From positions 1,265 to 65,264 of the forward strand of contig CAZNCH010000001.1 in assembly GCA_964571555.1 (NCBI GenBank): a DNA stretch of 64,000 nt, given 5' to 3'. Below the pieces are notes generated by a model. The model worked only from the letters and a program-made list of their open reading frames with translations. It made no database searches and was not told the origin of the DNA. The stretch is from an uncultured Lachnospiraceae bacterium. Its GTDB lineage: Bacteria; Bacillota; Clostridia; Lachnospirales; Lachnospiraceae. Of the stretch, positions 27,626 through 36,825 are shown piece by piece (within the stretch, counting starts at the first letter, position 1; every line of letters begins with the position of its first letter). A program made the translations under genes and the position numbers.

Positions 27626-28906
27626 ATGAAGCGGACAGAAGAACTGAAAAGAGAACTCAAGGCGGGTCATTATGACAGGAACCTTTCTGAAATCTATGTG
27701 GACGCTGCAATGCTGCCGTTGCAGAAGCGGCGCTATGTGGACGCCATAGAACGTTTCGAGGCGCTCTACGGAGTCAGGGAAGCGGAAATCTACAGCGCAC
27801 CCGGCAGAAGCGAAGTGGGCGGGAACCATACCGATCATCAGCATGGACAGGTGCTTGCGGCAGGACTGAATCTGGATCTCATCGCTGTGGCTGCGCCGAC
27901 GGAGGACGGCTGCATCCGCGTCGTGTCCGACACTTATGACATTCAGCCGATTGATCTCCTTGATCTGGAGAAGAAAGAGGAGGAAGAGGGAAGCAGCGAG
28001 AGTCTGATCCGCGGCGTTGCCGCCAAAATGAAAGCGGACGGGTTTCGGATCGGCGGGTTCTGCGCCTATATGACAAGTAATGTGCTGGTGGGCTCCGGAA
28101 TGTCCAGTTCCGCGGCTTTTGAGGTGGCGGTCGGCACCGTGCTGTCCGGTCTGTACAACGAGATGAAGATAGATCCGGTCTATATTGCGCAGGTCAGTCA
28201 ATATGCGGAAAACATATATTTCGGGAAGCCCTGCGGACTGATGGATCAGATGGCGTCTTCCGTCGGCAGCCTTGTCAATATCGATTTCAGGGATACGGAA
28301 CATCCGCTGATCCGGAAAGTGGATGTGGATTTCACGAAGTTCGGATACAGTCTCTGCATTGTGGATACGAAGGGCAACCATGAAGATCTGACGCCGGAAT
28401 ATGCCGCCATCCCCGCCGACCTGAAAAAGGTATGCGATTATTTCGGTTGTCGCTATTTAAGGGAAGTGGATGAAGATCAATTCTATCGGGAAATTCGGCA
28501 GGTGCGTGAGGCGGCGGGGGATCGGGCGGTGCTGCGAGCGATCCATGTGTTCGACGATAACGCCAGAGTCTCCGGCATGGTTACGGCACTGGAAAGCGGC
28601 GATTTTGATTCATTCAAGCGGTTGATCATCGAATCCGGTGAGAGTTCCTATATGTATCTGCAAAATGTTTATCCGACCGCAGATGTGAACAGGCAGGAAC
28701 TGTCCGTTGCGCTTGCGTTGAGTGCGCGGTTCCTGATCGGGAAGGGCGCATGGCGCGTACACGGCGGCGGGTTTGCGGGGACGATTCAGGCGTTTGTGCC
28801 GGATGCGCTGGTGGAAGAATACAAAAGACTGATGGACAACTGCTTCGGCGACGGCAGCTGCCACGTCCTGAAGATTCGTAAATTCGGCGGGATGAAAGTG
28901 ATGTAG
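27626..28906 (+). CDS. galK: galactokinase
   Basis: Galactokinase signature APGRSEVGGNHTDHQHG and the GHMP kinase motif GSGMSSSAA. Confidence 0.9.
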   Translation: MKRTEELKRELKAGHYDRNLSEIYVDAAMLPLQKRRYVDAIERFEALYGVREAEIYSAPGRSEVGGNHTDHQHGQVLAAGLNLDLIAVAAPTEDGCIRVVSDTYDIQPIDLLDLEKKEEEEGSSESLIRGVAAKMKADGFRIGGFCAYMTSNVLVGSGMSSSAAFEVAVGTVLSGLYNEMKIDPVYIAQVSQYAENIYFGKPCGLMDQMASSVGSLVNIDFRDTEHPLIRKVDVDFTKFGYSLCIVDTKGNHEDLTPEYAAIPADLKKVCDYFGCRYLREVDEDQFYREIRQVREAAGDRAVLRAIHVFDDNARVSGMVTALESGDFDSFKRLIIESGESSYMYLQNVYPTADVNRQELSVALALSARFLIGKGAWRVHGGGFAGTIQAFVPDALVEEYKRLMDNCFGDGSCHVLKIRKFGGMKVM

Positions 28907-28931
28907 CAATCACCTGTGAAAGGAGAAAGTG

Positions 28932-29051
28932 ATGAAAGTACTGGTTCTGGGCTGGGATCCGAAATTCGCCGATCTTTCTACGATTATTTCATCTGCATGG
29001 AAGTGGCATAAGAGCCATCCGAACGGTTACGGACAAGGAGAGAAGGGGTGA
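28932..29051 (+). pseudogene. galE: 39-codon remnant of UDP-glucose 4-epimerase (galE N-terminal MKVLV fused in frame to the galE C-terminal tail)
   Basis: It translates to [42 protein letters not shown]-x-P/A...W-x-W...NP/HPNGY is the conserved GalE C-terminus and MKVLV is a typical GalE start. An intact AAGGAG RBS lies 7 nt upstream. Confidence 0.6.
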
Positions 29052-29055
29052 AGCA

Positions 29056-30567
29056 ATGAGAAATCATTTGGTTGCAGCGTTGGCAGAATATGCGGTCGGA
29101 AACGGACTGATCGAGGAAGAAGATCGAATCTATTCCATCAACAGACTGCTGCAGGTGCTTCGGATCGAAGAATACGAAGCGCCGGAAGATAAAAGGGCAG
29201 TCGAAGCGCTTGCAGAGAATTTGGAGGAACTTCTGAAAGCGCTTTTGGATGATGCAGCGTCACGCGGGCTGGTGGAAGACGGCGTAGTTGCCAGAGATCT
29301 GCTGGATACGGAGATGATGAATTGCTTCGTTCCAAGACCGTCGGAAATGATTCGGGAGTTTCGCGAGAAATATCAAAAAGATCCGGAGGAAGCGACAAAT
29401 TGGTTCTATCGCATGTCCAAGGTCTCCGACTACATCAGAACCTATCGCATTGCAAAGGACAGGAAATGGATCTATGACTGCAATTACGGCAAGCTTGATA
29501 TTACGATCAATTTATCGAAACCTGAAAAGGATCCGAAAGCGATTGCCGCCGCGAAAGCCGCAAAGCAAGCCGGTTACCCGAAATGTCAGCTTTGCATCGA
29601 AAACGAAGGCTATGCGGGAAGGATCAATCATCCCGCAAGAGCCAACCACAGGATCATGCCGATCACTGTGTGCGGGGAAGCGTGGGGATTCCAATATTCT
29701 CCGTATGTTTATTACAACGAACACTGCATCGTGCTGAACACGAAGCATGTTCCGATGACGATCTGTCGGGAAGCGTTTGAGAAGATGTTTGATTTCGTCA
29801 GACAGTTCCCGCATTATATGCTTGCTTCCAATGCCGATCTGCCGATTGTCGGCGGTTCTATTCTCGCGCATGAGCATTTTCAGGGCGGGCATTATGAATT
29901 TCCGATGGCACGGGCCAGGATCGAAACAAAAGTGACGATTCGAGGGTATGAGGAGATAGACGCCGGCATCCTGAACTGGCCGATCTCCGTACTTCGAATC
30001 AGTTCGCCGAATGCCGACCGCCTGGTTGATCTGGCGGATCGTATTCTGGAGAAATGGAGAGGTTATACCGATGAGGCGTCGTTTCTCTTTGCGGAAACGG
30101 ACGGCGTGCCACACAACACGATTTCTCCCGTTGTACGCAAAAACGGCGATTGTTATGAAATGGATCTGGCGCTGCGCAATAACATCACAACGAAAGAACG
30201 GCCGCTCGGCGTATATCATCCGAGACCGGAATTCCACCATATCAAAAAGGAGAATATCGGCGTCATTGAGGTGATGGGACTTGCAATCCTGCCGGCGAGA
30301 CTGAAGACGGAACTGGAGCGGTGCGCGCTCTGTCTTCTGAACGGACGCTCGATCAGGGAAGATCCGGAGACAGAGAAGCATGCGGACTGGATCGAGAGCT
30401 GGCTTCCGGCAAGAAAAGCGGAGATTTCGAAAGAGACTGTCGACGCGATTCTGAAAGAGGAGGTCGGAAAGGTCTTCGTGGGCGTATTGGAAGACGCCGG
30501 TGTTTTTAAAAGAACCCCGGAAGGGAAAAGCGGTTTCCTGAGATTTATTGACGCCCTATCGGAATAA
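29056..30567 (+). CDS. galT: UDP-glucose--hexose-1-phosphate uridylyltransferase (type 2, ~500 aa Firmicute form)
   Basis: The length and the motifs KCQLCIENEGYAGR and ...ILAHEHFQGG are typical of class II GalT. It sits in the gal locus. Confidence 0.9.
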   Translation: MRNHLVAALAEYAVGNGLIEEEDRIYSINRLLQVLRIEEYEAPEDKRAVEALAENLEELLKALLDDAASRGLVEDGVVARDLLDTEMMNCFVPRPSEMIREFREKYQKDPEEATNWFYRMSKVSDYIRTYRIAKDRKWIYDCNYGKLDITINLSKPEKDPKAIAAAKAAKQAGYPKCQLCIENEGYAGRINHPARANHRIMPITVCGEAWGFQYSPYVYYNEHCIVLNTKHVPMTICREAFEKMFDFVRQFPHYMLASNADLPIVGGSILAHEHFQGGHYEFPMARARIETKVTIRGYEEIDAGILNWPISVLRISSPNADRLVDLADRILEKWRGYTDEASFLFAETDGVPHNTISPVVRKNGDCYEMDLALRNNITTKERPLGVYHPRPEFHHIKKENIGVIEVMGLAILPARLKTELERCALCLLNGRSIREDPETEKHADWIESWLPARKAEISKETVDAILKEEVGKVFVGVLEDAGVFKRTPEGKSGFLRFIDALSE

Positions 30568-30574
30568 CTGAACA

Positions 30575-30603
30575 TTGAAAGGCCTGTTTCCTTATGCTAT
30601 AAT
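30575..30603 (+). promoter_or_regulatory. promoter of the transketolase operon (-35 TTGAAA, 17 nt, extended -10 TGcTATAAT)
   Basis: TTGAAA at 30575-30580 and TATAAT at 30598-30603, preceded by TGC. Confidence 0.6.
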
Positions 30604-30671
30604 CATTATTGTGTCGCATTATGGGTTGCGATACACGGAACAAATGGTGCATCCAAAGATAAGGAGACATT

Positions 30672-31508
30672 ATGGAGAACTTAGAACTTCAAAAAACTGC
30701 GAATGAGATCCGCAAGGGGATCGTCACGGCTGTGCATGCCGCACATGCCGGACATCCCGGCGGGTCTTTGTCGTGTGCGGATATTATGACCTATCTCTAT
30801 TTCGAAGAGATGAAGATTGATCCGAAAGAGCCGAAGAAGGCGGACAGAGACCGGTTCGTGCTCTCAAAGGGTCATTGCGCTCCGGCGCTTTACTCCGCGC
30901 TTGCGGAGCGGGGCTATTTCCCGAAGGAGGACTTGCTCACGCTTCGTAAGCTCGGTTCGCATCTGCAGGGGCATCCCTGTATGCAGCATACCCCGGGCGT
31001 GGATATGAGCAGCGGATCCTTGGGACAGGGTGTTTCCGTAGCGACGGGCATGGCGCTCTCCGCAAAACTTTCCAATGATGATTTCCGCGTATATACCCTG
31101 CTCGGCGACGGCGAACTTGCAGAGGGTCAGGTATGGGAAGCGGCGATGTTTGCTGCGCATAAGAAACTGGACAACCTTGTTGTGATCGTAGATAACAACA
31201 ATCTCCAGATCGACGGTCCCGTAACCGAAGTCTGCAACCCCTATCCGATCGATGAGAAATTCAAAGCCTTTAATTTCCATGTGATCCATATTGACGCGCA
31301 CAATTTCGACGAGATCAGAGCCGCTTTCGCAGAGGCGAGGACAACCAAAGGCATGCCTACCGCCATCATTGCCAAGAGCGTCAAGGGCAAGGGCGTATCC
31401 TTCATGGAGAACAATGTGAAGTGGCACGGCGTTGCACCGGATGATGAGCAGTATGCCGCAGCAATGGCGGATTTAGAGAAAGTGGAGGAAAGCTTATGTC
31501 AGAAGTAA
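30672..31508 (+). CDS. transketolase, N-terminal (TPP pyrophosphate-binding) subunit
   Basis: GHPGGSLS, SKGH, and the GDGELAEGQVWEA TPP-binding motif. Split-gene form. Confidence 0.9.
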   Translation: MENLELQKTANEIRKGIVTAVHAAHAGHPGGSLSCADIMTYLYFEEMKIDPKEPKKADRDRFVLSKGHCAPALYSALAERGYFPKEDLLTLRKLGSHLQGHPCMQHTPGVDMSSGSLGQGVSVATGMALSAKLSNDDFRVYTLLGDGELAEGQVWEAAMFAAHKKLDNLVVIVDNNNLQIDGPVTEVCNPYPIDEKFKAFNFHVIHIDAHNFDEIRAAFAEARTTKGMPTAIIAKSVKGKGVSFMENNVKWHGVAPDDEQYAAAMADLEKVEESLCQK

Positions 31509-32440
31509 AGAAAATCGCTACCAGAGCCAGTTATGGCAACGCACTGGTGGAACTCGGAAATAAACATGACGACCTGGTGGTGCTGACGGCGGATCTTGCC
31601 GCCGCAACACAGACGGGCATTTTTCTGAAAGCGCATCCGGACAAGCACATCAACTGCGGGATTGCCGAAGCAAATATGACCGGCATTGCGGCAGGACTGG
31701 CGGCGACGGGGAAGGTTCCCTTCTGCTCTTCCTTTGCAATGTTTTCCGCGGGACGTGCGTTTGAGCAGGTTCGCAACAGTATCGGCTATCCGCATTTGAA
31801 CGTGAAGATCGGCGCAACCCATGCCGGCATCTCCGTCGGTGAAGACGGCGCATCCCATCAGTGTAATGAAGATATTGCGCTGATGCGTACCATTCCGGGA
31901 ATGGTAATCATCAACCCCGCCGATGATGTTGAGGCAAGAGCGGCGGTTGCGGCAGCCTATGAATATGAAGGTCCCGTTTATCTTCGGTTCGGAAGAGCGG
32001 CGGTTCCCGTGTTCAATGAGGAGGCAACCTATCGGTTTGAAATGGGCAAGGGCGTTGTGCTGCGGGAAGGAAAAGATGTAACGATCATCGCAACGGGACT
32101 TACGGTTCCCGAATCGATGGAAGCGGCAAAGATGCTTGCTGCGGAGGGGATCGATGCGGAACTGATCAACATCCATACGATCAAGCCGTTAGATGAGGAA
32201 CTGGTGCTGAAGAGCGCGAAGAAAACCGGTAAGGTCGTCACGGCGGAAGAGCATTCCGTCATCGGCGGTCTCGGCAGCGCTGTCTGCGACCTGCTTTCCA
32301 AGATGCACCCGACACCAGTTTGCAGGATCGGAATGCAGGATGTTTTCGGCGAATCCGGAAGCGCGGCGCAACTGATTCATAAATATGAGTTGGATGCGGA
32401 AGGCATTTATCGTCAGGTGAAAGCATTTATGAACAAATAA
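31496..32440 (+). CDS. transketolase, C-terminal (pyrimidine-binding) subunit
   Basis: Overlaps the preceding gene by 13 nt. Pyrimidine-binding domain pattern (GIAEANMTGIAAGLA...GEDGASHQ). Confidence 0.9.
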   Translation: MSEVKKIATRASYGNALVELGNKHDDLVVLTADLAAATQTGIFLKAHPDKHINCGIAEANMTGIAAGLAATGKVPFCSSFAMFSAGRAFEQVRNSIGYPHLNVKIGATHAGISVGEDGASHQCNEDIALMRTIPGMVIINPADDVEARAAVAAAYEYEGPVYLRFGRAAVPVFNEEATYRFEMGKGVVLREGKDVTIIATGLTVPESMEAAKMLAAEGIDAELINIHTIKPLDEELVLKSAKKTGKVVTAEEHSVIGGLGSAVCDLLSKMHPTPVCRIGMQDVFGESGSAAQLIHKYELDAEGIYRQVKAFMNK

Positions 32441-32462
32441 GAAGTACAGTTAGGATCAAAGC

Positions 32463-33329
32463 ATGTCGAGAGAATTGTTGATCTTTGCGCCGGATATCAA
32501 GGAAATGGTCTGGGGCAAAGAGTACTGGACGGTTTCCGCACATCCGAAGGGAGATTGTATTGTTACGGAAGGGGCCCATCGGGGGAAGAGGCTGTCAGAG
32601 CTTTGGAACAAACACCGGAACTTATTCGGAGATCTCTCCGGAGACAGGTTTCCTCTTCTCGTAAAAGTATTGGATACGAAAGAGAAGCTCAGCGTTCAGG
32701 TTCATCCGAATGATGAATATGCCAGGACCCACGATGAGGAGCCGCACGGCAAGGCTGAATGCTGGTATGTGATGGAAGCGGAGCGAAACGTTTCGCTCAT
32801 TCTCGGACATCATGCGAAGACAAGGGAAGAGGCGGAGCAACTGATTCGGGAAAAGAACTGGAAAAAGTTCTTGAAAACGACGACCATGAAGCACGGGAAT
32901 TTCATTCAATTGAATCCCGGAACGGTGCATGCGATCCCCGGCGGCGTGCTTCTGACAGAGGTGCAGCAGTGTTCTGATATCACGTATCGGTTGTATGATT
33001 ATGATCGTATGTTCCATGGGCAGTTAAGACCGCTTCATCTCCGGAAGTCGCTTGATGTGATCCAGATTCCGGACGGCTGCAACGAACATCTCTACCCGTC
33101 TTTCCCCGGCGAGGTGTATGAGACAGACTATTACAGAATCTCCAAGCAGGAGATTCACGGAGCGGCGGAGTTTGCGCAAACGGATGCATTCAGAGTACTT
33201 TCCGTGGTAGAGGGAAGTTGCGAGGTGGACGGATATCCGCTTTCCCGCGGAGACTCGCTGGTGGTTCCCTGCGGCTACGGAACTTATCGGATTACGGGAA
33301 ATACAGTAGTATTGACGTCAACGGTATAA
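32463..33329 (+). CDS. manA: class I mannose-6-phosphate isomerase (Firmicute short type)
   Basis: Cupin metal ligands in LSVQVHPND...KAECWYV...VHAIPGG. Confidence 0.8.
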   Translation: MSRELLIFAPDIKEMVWGKEYWTVSAHPKGDCIVTEGAHRGKRLSELWNKHRNLFGDLSGDRFPLLVKVLDTKEKLSVQVHPNDEYARTHDEEPHGKAECWYVMEAERNVSLILGHHAKTREEAEQLIREKNWKKFLKTTTMKHGNFIQLNPGTVHAIPGGVLLTEVQQCSDITYRLYDYDRMFHGQLRPLHLRKSLDVIQIPDGCNEHLYPSFPGEVYETDYYRISKQEIHGAAEFAQTDAFRVLSVVEGSCEVDGYPLSRGDSLVVPCGYGTYRITGNTVVLTSTV

Positions 33330-33347
33330 CGGAAACAGACCAATTTA

Positions 33348-33389
33348 CCCTGCGGCGGATGATGAAGCATCGGCGGCAGGGCGTTTTTT
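33348..33389 (+). terminator. rho-independent terminator after manA
   Basis: CCCTGC (33348-33353) pairs with GCAGGG (33376-33381) and has an inner GATG/CATC stem. It is followed by TTTTTT at 33384-33389. Confidence 0.6.
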
Positions 33390-33405
33390 CGAGAGAAACA
33401 TTGAG

Positions 33406-34680
33406 ATGGCACAGATTGTCGACTTCCTGAAAACAAAATACGGAACGGACTACGCGAAGAAGCCGGAGAAGACAGGGAAATCCGAAAAAGCGGAGCGCCG
33501 CGTCCAGGCGGAACAGCGCGAGGCGGAAGGAAGAAGCGAGCACTACAAGAAGAAACTGATCCGGCACCGCCTGACGATTTTTTATAAGATTCTCATCGGT
33601 ATCGCTGTTCTTGCAATGATTGGCGGCGTCGTATATTTCAGCAGGAAACGCCAGGTATATACGGATTACGATACCTTGCGCAGAGTTGATTTCGACGCGG
33701 TCTATACCGCGAATTACAGAAGTCTGAACGGAATCGTTTTGCGGTACAGCAAAGACGGCGCATCCGCATTCAATATGGAAAACAGTATGATCTGGAACCA
33801 GACGTATGAAATGCAGAACCCGATGATAGATTCCTGCGGAGATTATGCCGCAATCGGAGATTATAAAGGCACAAAAATTTACGTGTTCAACAGTGAAGGC
33901 ATGCAGGGGCAGATCGATACGACCTTGCCGATGCAGAAATTCTGTGTTTCGGGGAACGGAAATGTGGCTGCGGTACTCGAAGAAAACGAGGTCACCTGGA
34001 TCAAACTGTTTAACAAAGCGGGACAGCTGGTTGCCAATGATCGTACTACAATGGCGAAGAGCGGGTATCCGGTACGTGTGGCGATTTCAAATAACGGGAT
34101 TCTACTGGGGATTTCCTTTTTAAGGATTGATACGGGCGTGCTGTCTTCTTCCGTGGCTTTTTATAATTTCGGCGCGGTCGGGCAGAATGAAATCGATAAT
34201 CTTGTGAGCGGTTATGATTTTCCGGAAACGGTCGTCTCGGACGTAGAATTTATGAATGACAAAACGGCATTTGCGGTCGGAGACAATAAAATGATTCTTT
34301 TCGAGGGCGCACAGAAGCCCGAACAAAAGGCGGCGGTTCCGATAGAGGGAGAGATTCGCAGCGTCTATTACGGGCAGAATTATATTGGGCTTATTTTTCA
34401 GGACGAGACCGGAGAAGCACAGTATCGAATGGATGTTTACGATACGGAAGGAAAGCTCGCGCAATCGTTTTATTTCAGTCTGGATTATCAAAGCGTTCTT
34501 TTCCACAAAGATACTGTGATGATTTACAACAGCGACGAGTGTCTCCTGTACAATATGCAGGGCGTGGAGAAGTTCCACGGTTCCTTCCACCGTTCGATTC
34601 TTACGGTGGCGCCGACAGCCGGTCCTTTCAGATATCTTCTGGTGACCGGAAATGAGATGGAGGAGATTCAACTGAAATAA
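33406..34680 (+). CDS. membrane-anchored hypothetical protein with a repeat-rich (beta-propeller-like) ectodomain, DUF5711-like
   Basis: Basic N-terminal cytoplasmic tail, a single TM helix (IFYKILIGIAVLAMIGGVVYF), then ~330 aa of beta-rich repeats. The family name is recalled, not verified. Confidence 0.5.
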   Translation: MAQIVDFLKTKYGTDYAKKPEKTGKSEKAERRVQAEQREAEGRSEHYKKKLIRHRLTIFYKILIGIAVLAMIGGVVYFSRKRQVYTDYDTLRRVDFDAVYTANYRSLNGIVLRYSKDGASAFNMENSMIWNQTYEMQNPMIDSCGDYAAIGDYKGTKIYVFNSEGMQGQIDTTLPMQKFCVSGNGNVAAVLEENEVTWIKLFNKAGQLVANDRTTMAKSGYPVRVAISNNGILLGISFLRIDTGVLSSSVAFYNFGAVGQNEIDNLVSGYDFPETVVSDVEFMNDKTAFAVGDNKMILFEGAQKPEQKAAVPIEGEIRSVYYGQNYIGLIFQDETGEAQYRMDVYDTEGKLAQSFYFSLDYQSVLFHKDTVMIYNSDECLLYNMQGVEKFHGSFHRSILTVAPTAGPFRYLLVTGNEMEEIQLK

Positions 34681-35360
34681 TGAATTATTTACTGATTGCG
34701 GTGATCGTATTGATCGGTATGTGCGTGCTGCAAGGATACCGAAAGGGTTTCCTGCGGATCATGGTTTCTCTGCTCTGGATCGCACTGGTGATTGCGGCTG
34801 TTTTCTGGCTGTCCCCCTACGTGAGCGATTTCCTGATCCATCATTCGAGCGCATACGACAAGGTGGAAGAGAAAATCACGACATTGGTTGAGATCGGCGG
34901 GCATGTGGATCTTACGGATGAAACGGTACAGGAAGAATCCATAGACGCCATGGAATTGCCGGGACTTCTGAAAAGCGCGCTTCATCAGAACAACACGGAA
35001 GAAGTGTACAGGGAATATATGGTGGAGGCGTTTTCTGGCTATATTTCCGGTTTCTTAACGCGGCTGGTATTGAAAGCGGCATCCTTTATCGGGGTCTTCC
35101 TGCTGGTCGGACTTCTCGCTTTTATTGTAATGCGAGCCGCCGATCTGATTTCCAGAATCCCGATCATCAAAGGTTTCAATCGTCTCCTGGGCGTTGCCGC
35201 AGGACTCGTTCTGGCGCTTGCGATTATTTGGGTGTTTTTCTTTGTTGTGGTGATGTTTCTTGGCAGCGGTTTCGGCGATCGTCTCATGGCGGATATCAAG
35301 CAGAGTGCGTTTCTTACCTTTCTGTTTGACCAGAATCTTCTGATGGAATTGATCATGTAG
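34680..35360 (+). CDS. CvpA family membrane protein
   Basis: The start overlaps the previous stop (TAATG). The N-terminal pattern ...LIGMCVLQGYRKGFLRIMVSLL and 4 TM helices fit the CvpA family. Confidence 0.6.
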   Translation: MNYLLIAVIVLIGMCVLQGYRKGFLRIMVSLLWIALVIAAVFWLSPYVSDFLIHHSSAYDKVEEKITTLVEIGGHVDLTDETVQEESIDAMELPGLLKSALHQNNTEEVYREYMVEAFSGYISGFLTRLVLKAASFIGVFLLVGLLAFIVMRAADLISRIPIIKGFNRLLGVAAGLVLALAIIWVFFFVVVMFLGSGFGDRLMADIKQSAFLTFLFDQNLLMELIM

Positions 35361-35438
35361 CCGGAGCAAAGATTTGGATACAAATGACAAAGTTCCTGTT
35401 ATAATGGGAGTATCAATCGGATCTTTATGGAGGTGGAG

Positions 35439-35843
35439 ATGATGTTTTGTAAGAATTGCGGACAGACAATGGAGGAAGGCAGAAAGTTCTGCCCAAACTG
35501 CGGTGCGCCCGTGGATGCCCCGGCTGAGCCGTCCGGCGCTCCGGTGTATGCCGAAAGATATGAACCTGCAATGAGTTCAACCCCCGTTCTGGTGTGGGGT
35601 ATCATCGGATTGGCGTTCTCCTGCAGTTTTTATTTCAGTTTTCTGGGAATTATCTTCTCGGCAATCGGTCTGAGTAAAGCGAAGGCGTTTTTTGCCGCCA
35701 ACGGGCAGCTTTTCGGAAAGGCAAAGGTCGGCAAGATTCTTGCCACGGTCGGTTTGATTGTAAGCATTGTCATGACCGGACTTGCCGTTCTCCTTATCGC
35801 CGTGATCGGCGCGGCGGCGGTGAGCGGTCTTGGCAGCCTTTGA
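35439..35843 (+). CDS. zinc-ribbon / DUF4190-like small membrane protein
   Basis: N-terminal CxxC...CxxC zinc ribbon (FCKNCGQTMEEGRKFCPNCG) followed by two TM helices. GGAGGTGGAG RBS. Confidence 0.6.
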   Translation: MMFCKNCGQTMEEGRKFCPNCGAPVDAPAEPSGAPVYAERYEPAMSSTPVLVWGIIGLAFSCSFYFSFLGIIFSAIGLSKAKAFFAANGQLFGKAKVGKILATVGLIVSIVMTGLAVLLIAVIGAAAVSGLGSL

Positions 35844-35859
35844 TATTTTGGGAGATTCC

Positions 35860-36765
35860 ATGGAGAGAACCGGAAAACCAAGAAAAACCGGAAAGATCTT
35901 ACGGACTTTCTGTGTTTCCGTGGCGGTCTACATCCTTTTGGGCGTGGCCGCCACGGAACTTATATTTGGAATGATTTTCGCAAGAAAATCCGAATTCCTG
36001 TCCTTCCCGTCGCAGTTTTTCGTAGATGCCCGAACGGTTGAATTTCCCGTCGAGGAGCGTCAGCTCACAGGGTATTTGATCGGGGAGAGCGGAGAAAAGG
36101 GTGTCATTGTGATCGCACACGGCATGGACGCTTCCGCGGAAAGTTTTGCGCGAGACGCCAGACGTTTTGAAGAGTCGGGCTACTGCGTTCTGGTTTTCGA
36201 CGGAACCGGCTGCGGGGAGAGCGAAGGGCGGAGCCAGGTCGGCCTGGGTCAGCGCAGAAAGGATCTGATCGGGGCACTCGACTTCCTCGATGCATGCAAG
36301 CTGCGTTCTTCTTCCTACTTCCTCTACGGTCACAGCGCGGGGGGCTATGCCGCGGCGTCTCTATGTAATGACGAGCGGGTTGCCGCCGTTGTTTCCGTAG
36401 CGGCACCCGATTCCACGACGGAGACCATGACCGCCTTCGGAGTTGCAAGAGTCGGAGCGCTCGGTTATCTTGGCTATCCGTTCCTCTTTCTGAAAGAGCG
36501 TCTCCTGTTTGGCGCAGAGGGAACAAGGTCGGCGCATGAATGGCTTCGGGAGAGCGGGACGCCCGTTCTGGTTCTGGAAAGTGAGAGAGACAGGACAATT
36601 CCGCCGCACTTAGGGATAATGAGCCATGCAGAGGAAATCGGCAATCCGCAGGTTTTCTATCAATGGATCGAAACAAAGGGAAGCAACGCGCACACAGAGG
36701 TCCTGGAGGACAGCGGCGCCCTTGCGGAAGCCTTTTTTGCAAAGATCGAACCGTTTGCAGAATAG
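35860..36765 (+). CDS. membrane-anchored alpha/beta hydrolase (paralog 1 of 3)
   Basis: N-terminal TM helix, HG oxyanion region (VIVIAHGM), GHSAGG nucleophile elbow, and later Asp and His. Same family as 41796 and 46679. Confidence 0.7.
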   Translation: MERTGKPRKTGKILRTFCVSVAVYILLGVAATELIFGMIFARKSEFLSFPSQFFVDARTVEFPVEERQLTGYLIGESGEKGVIVIAHGMDASAESFARDARRFEESGYCVLVFDGTGCGESEGRSQVGLGQRRKDLIGALDFLDACKLRSSSYFLYGHSAGGYAAASLCNDERVAAVVSVAAPDSTTETMTAFGVARVGALGYLGYPFLFLKERLLFGAEGTRSAHEWLRESGTPVLVLESERDRTIPPHLGIMSHAEEIGNPQVFYQWIETKGSNAHTEVLEDSGALAEAFFAKIEPFAE

Positions 36766-36825
36766 CGGATTTTGCGGTAGAATAAATTAGTTTGTGTTCA
36801 TTGTTTTTGGAAGGCGGTTTTGGGA

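Noticed and set aside
26446-28381. 299-aa (+) and 270-aa (-) ORFs overlapping the LacI regulator and galK
   Set aside because: Both are antisense to genes with clear family signatures and cross the real promoter region in an implausible way.
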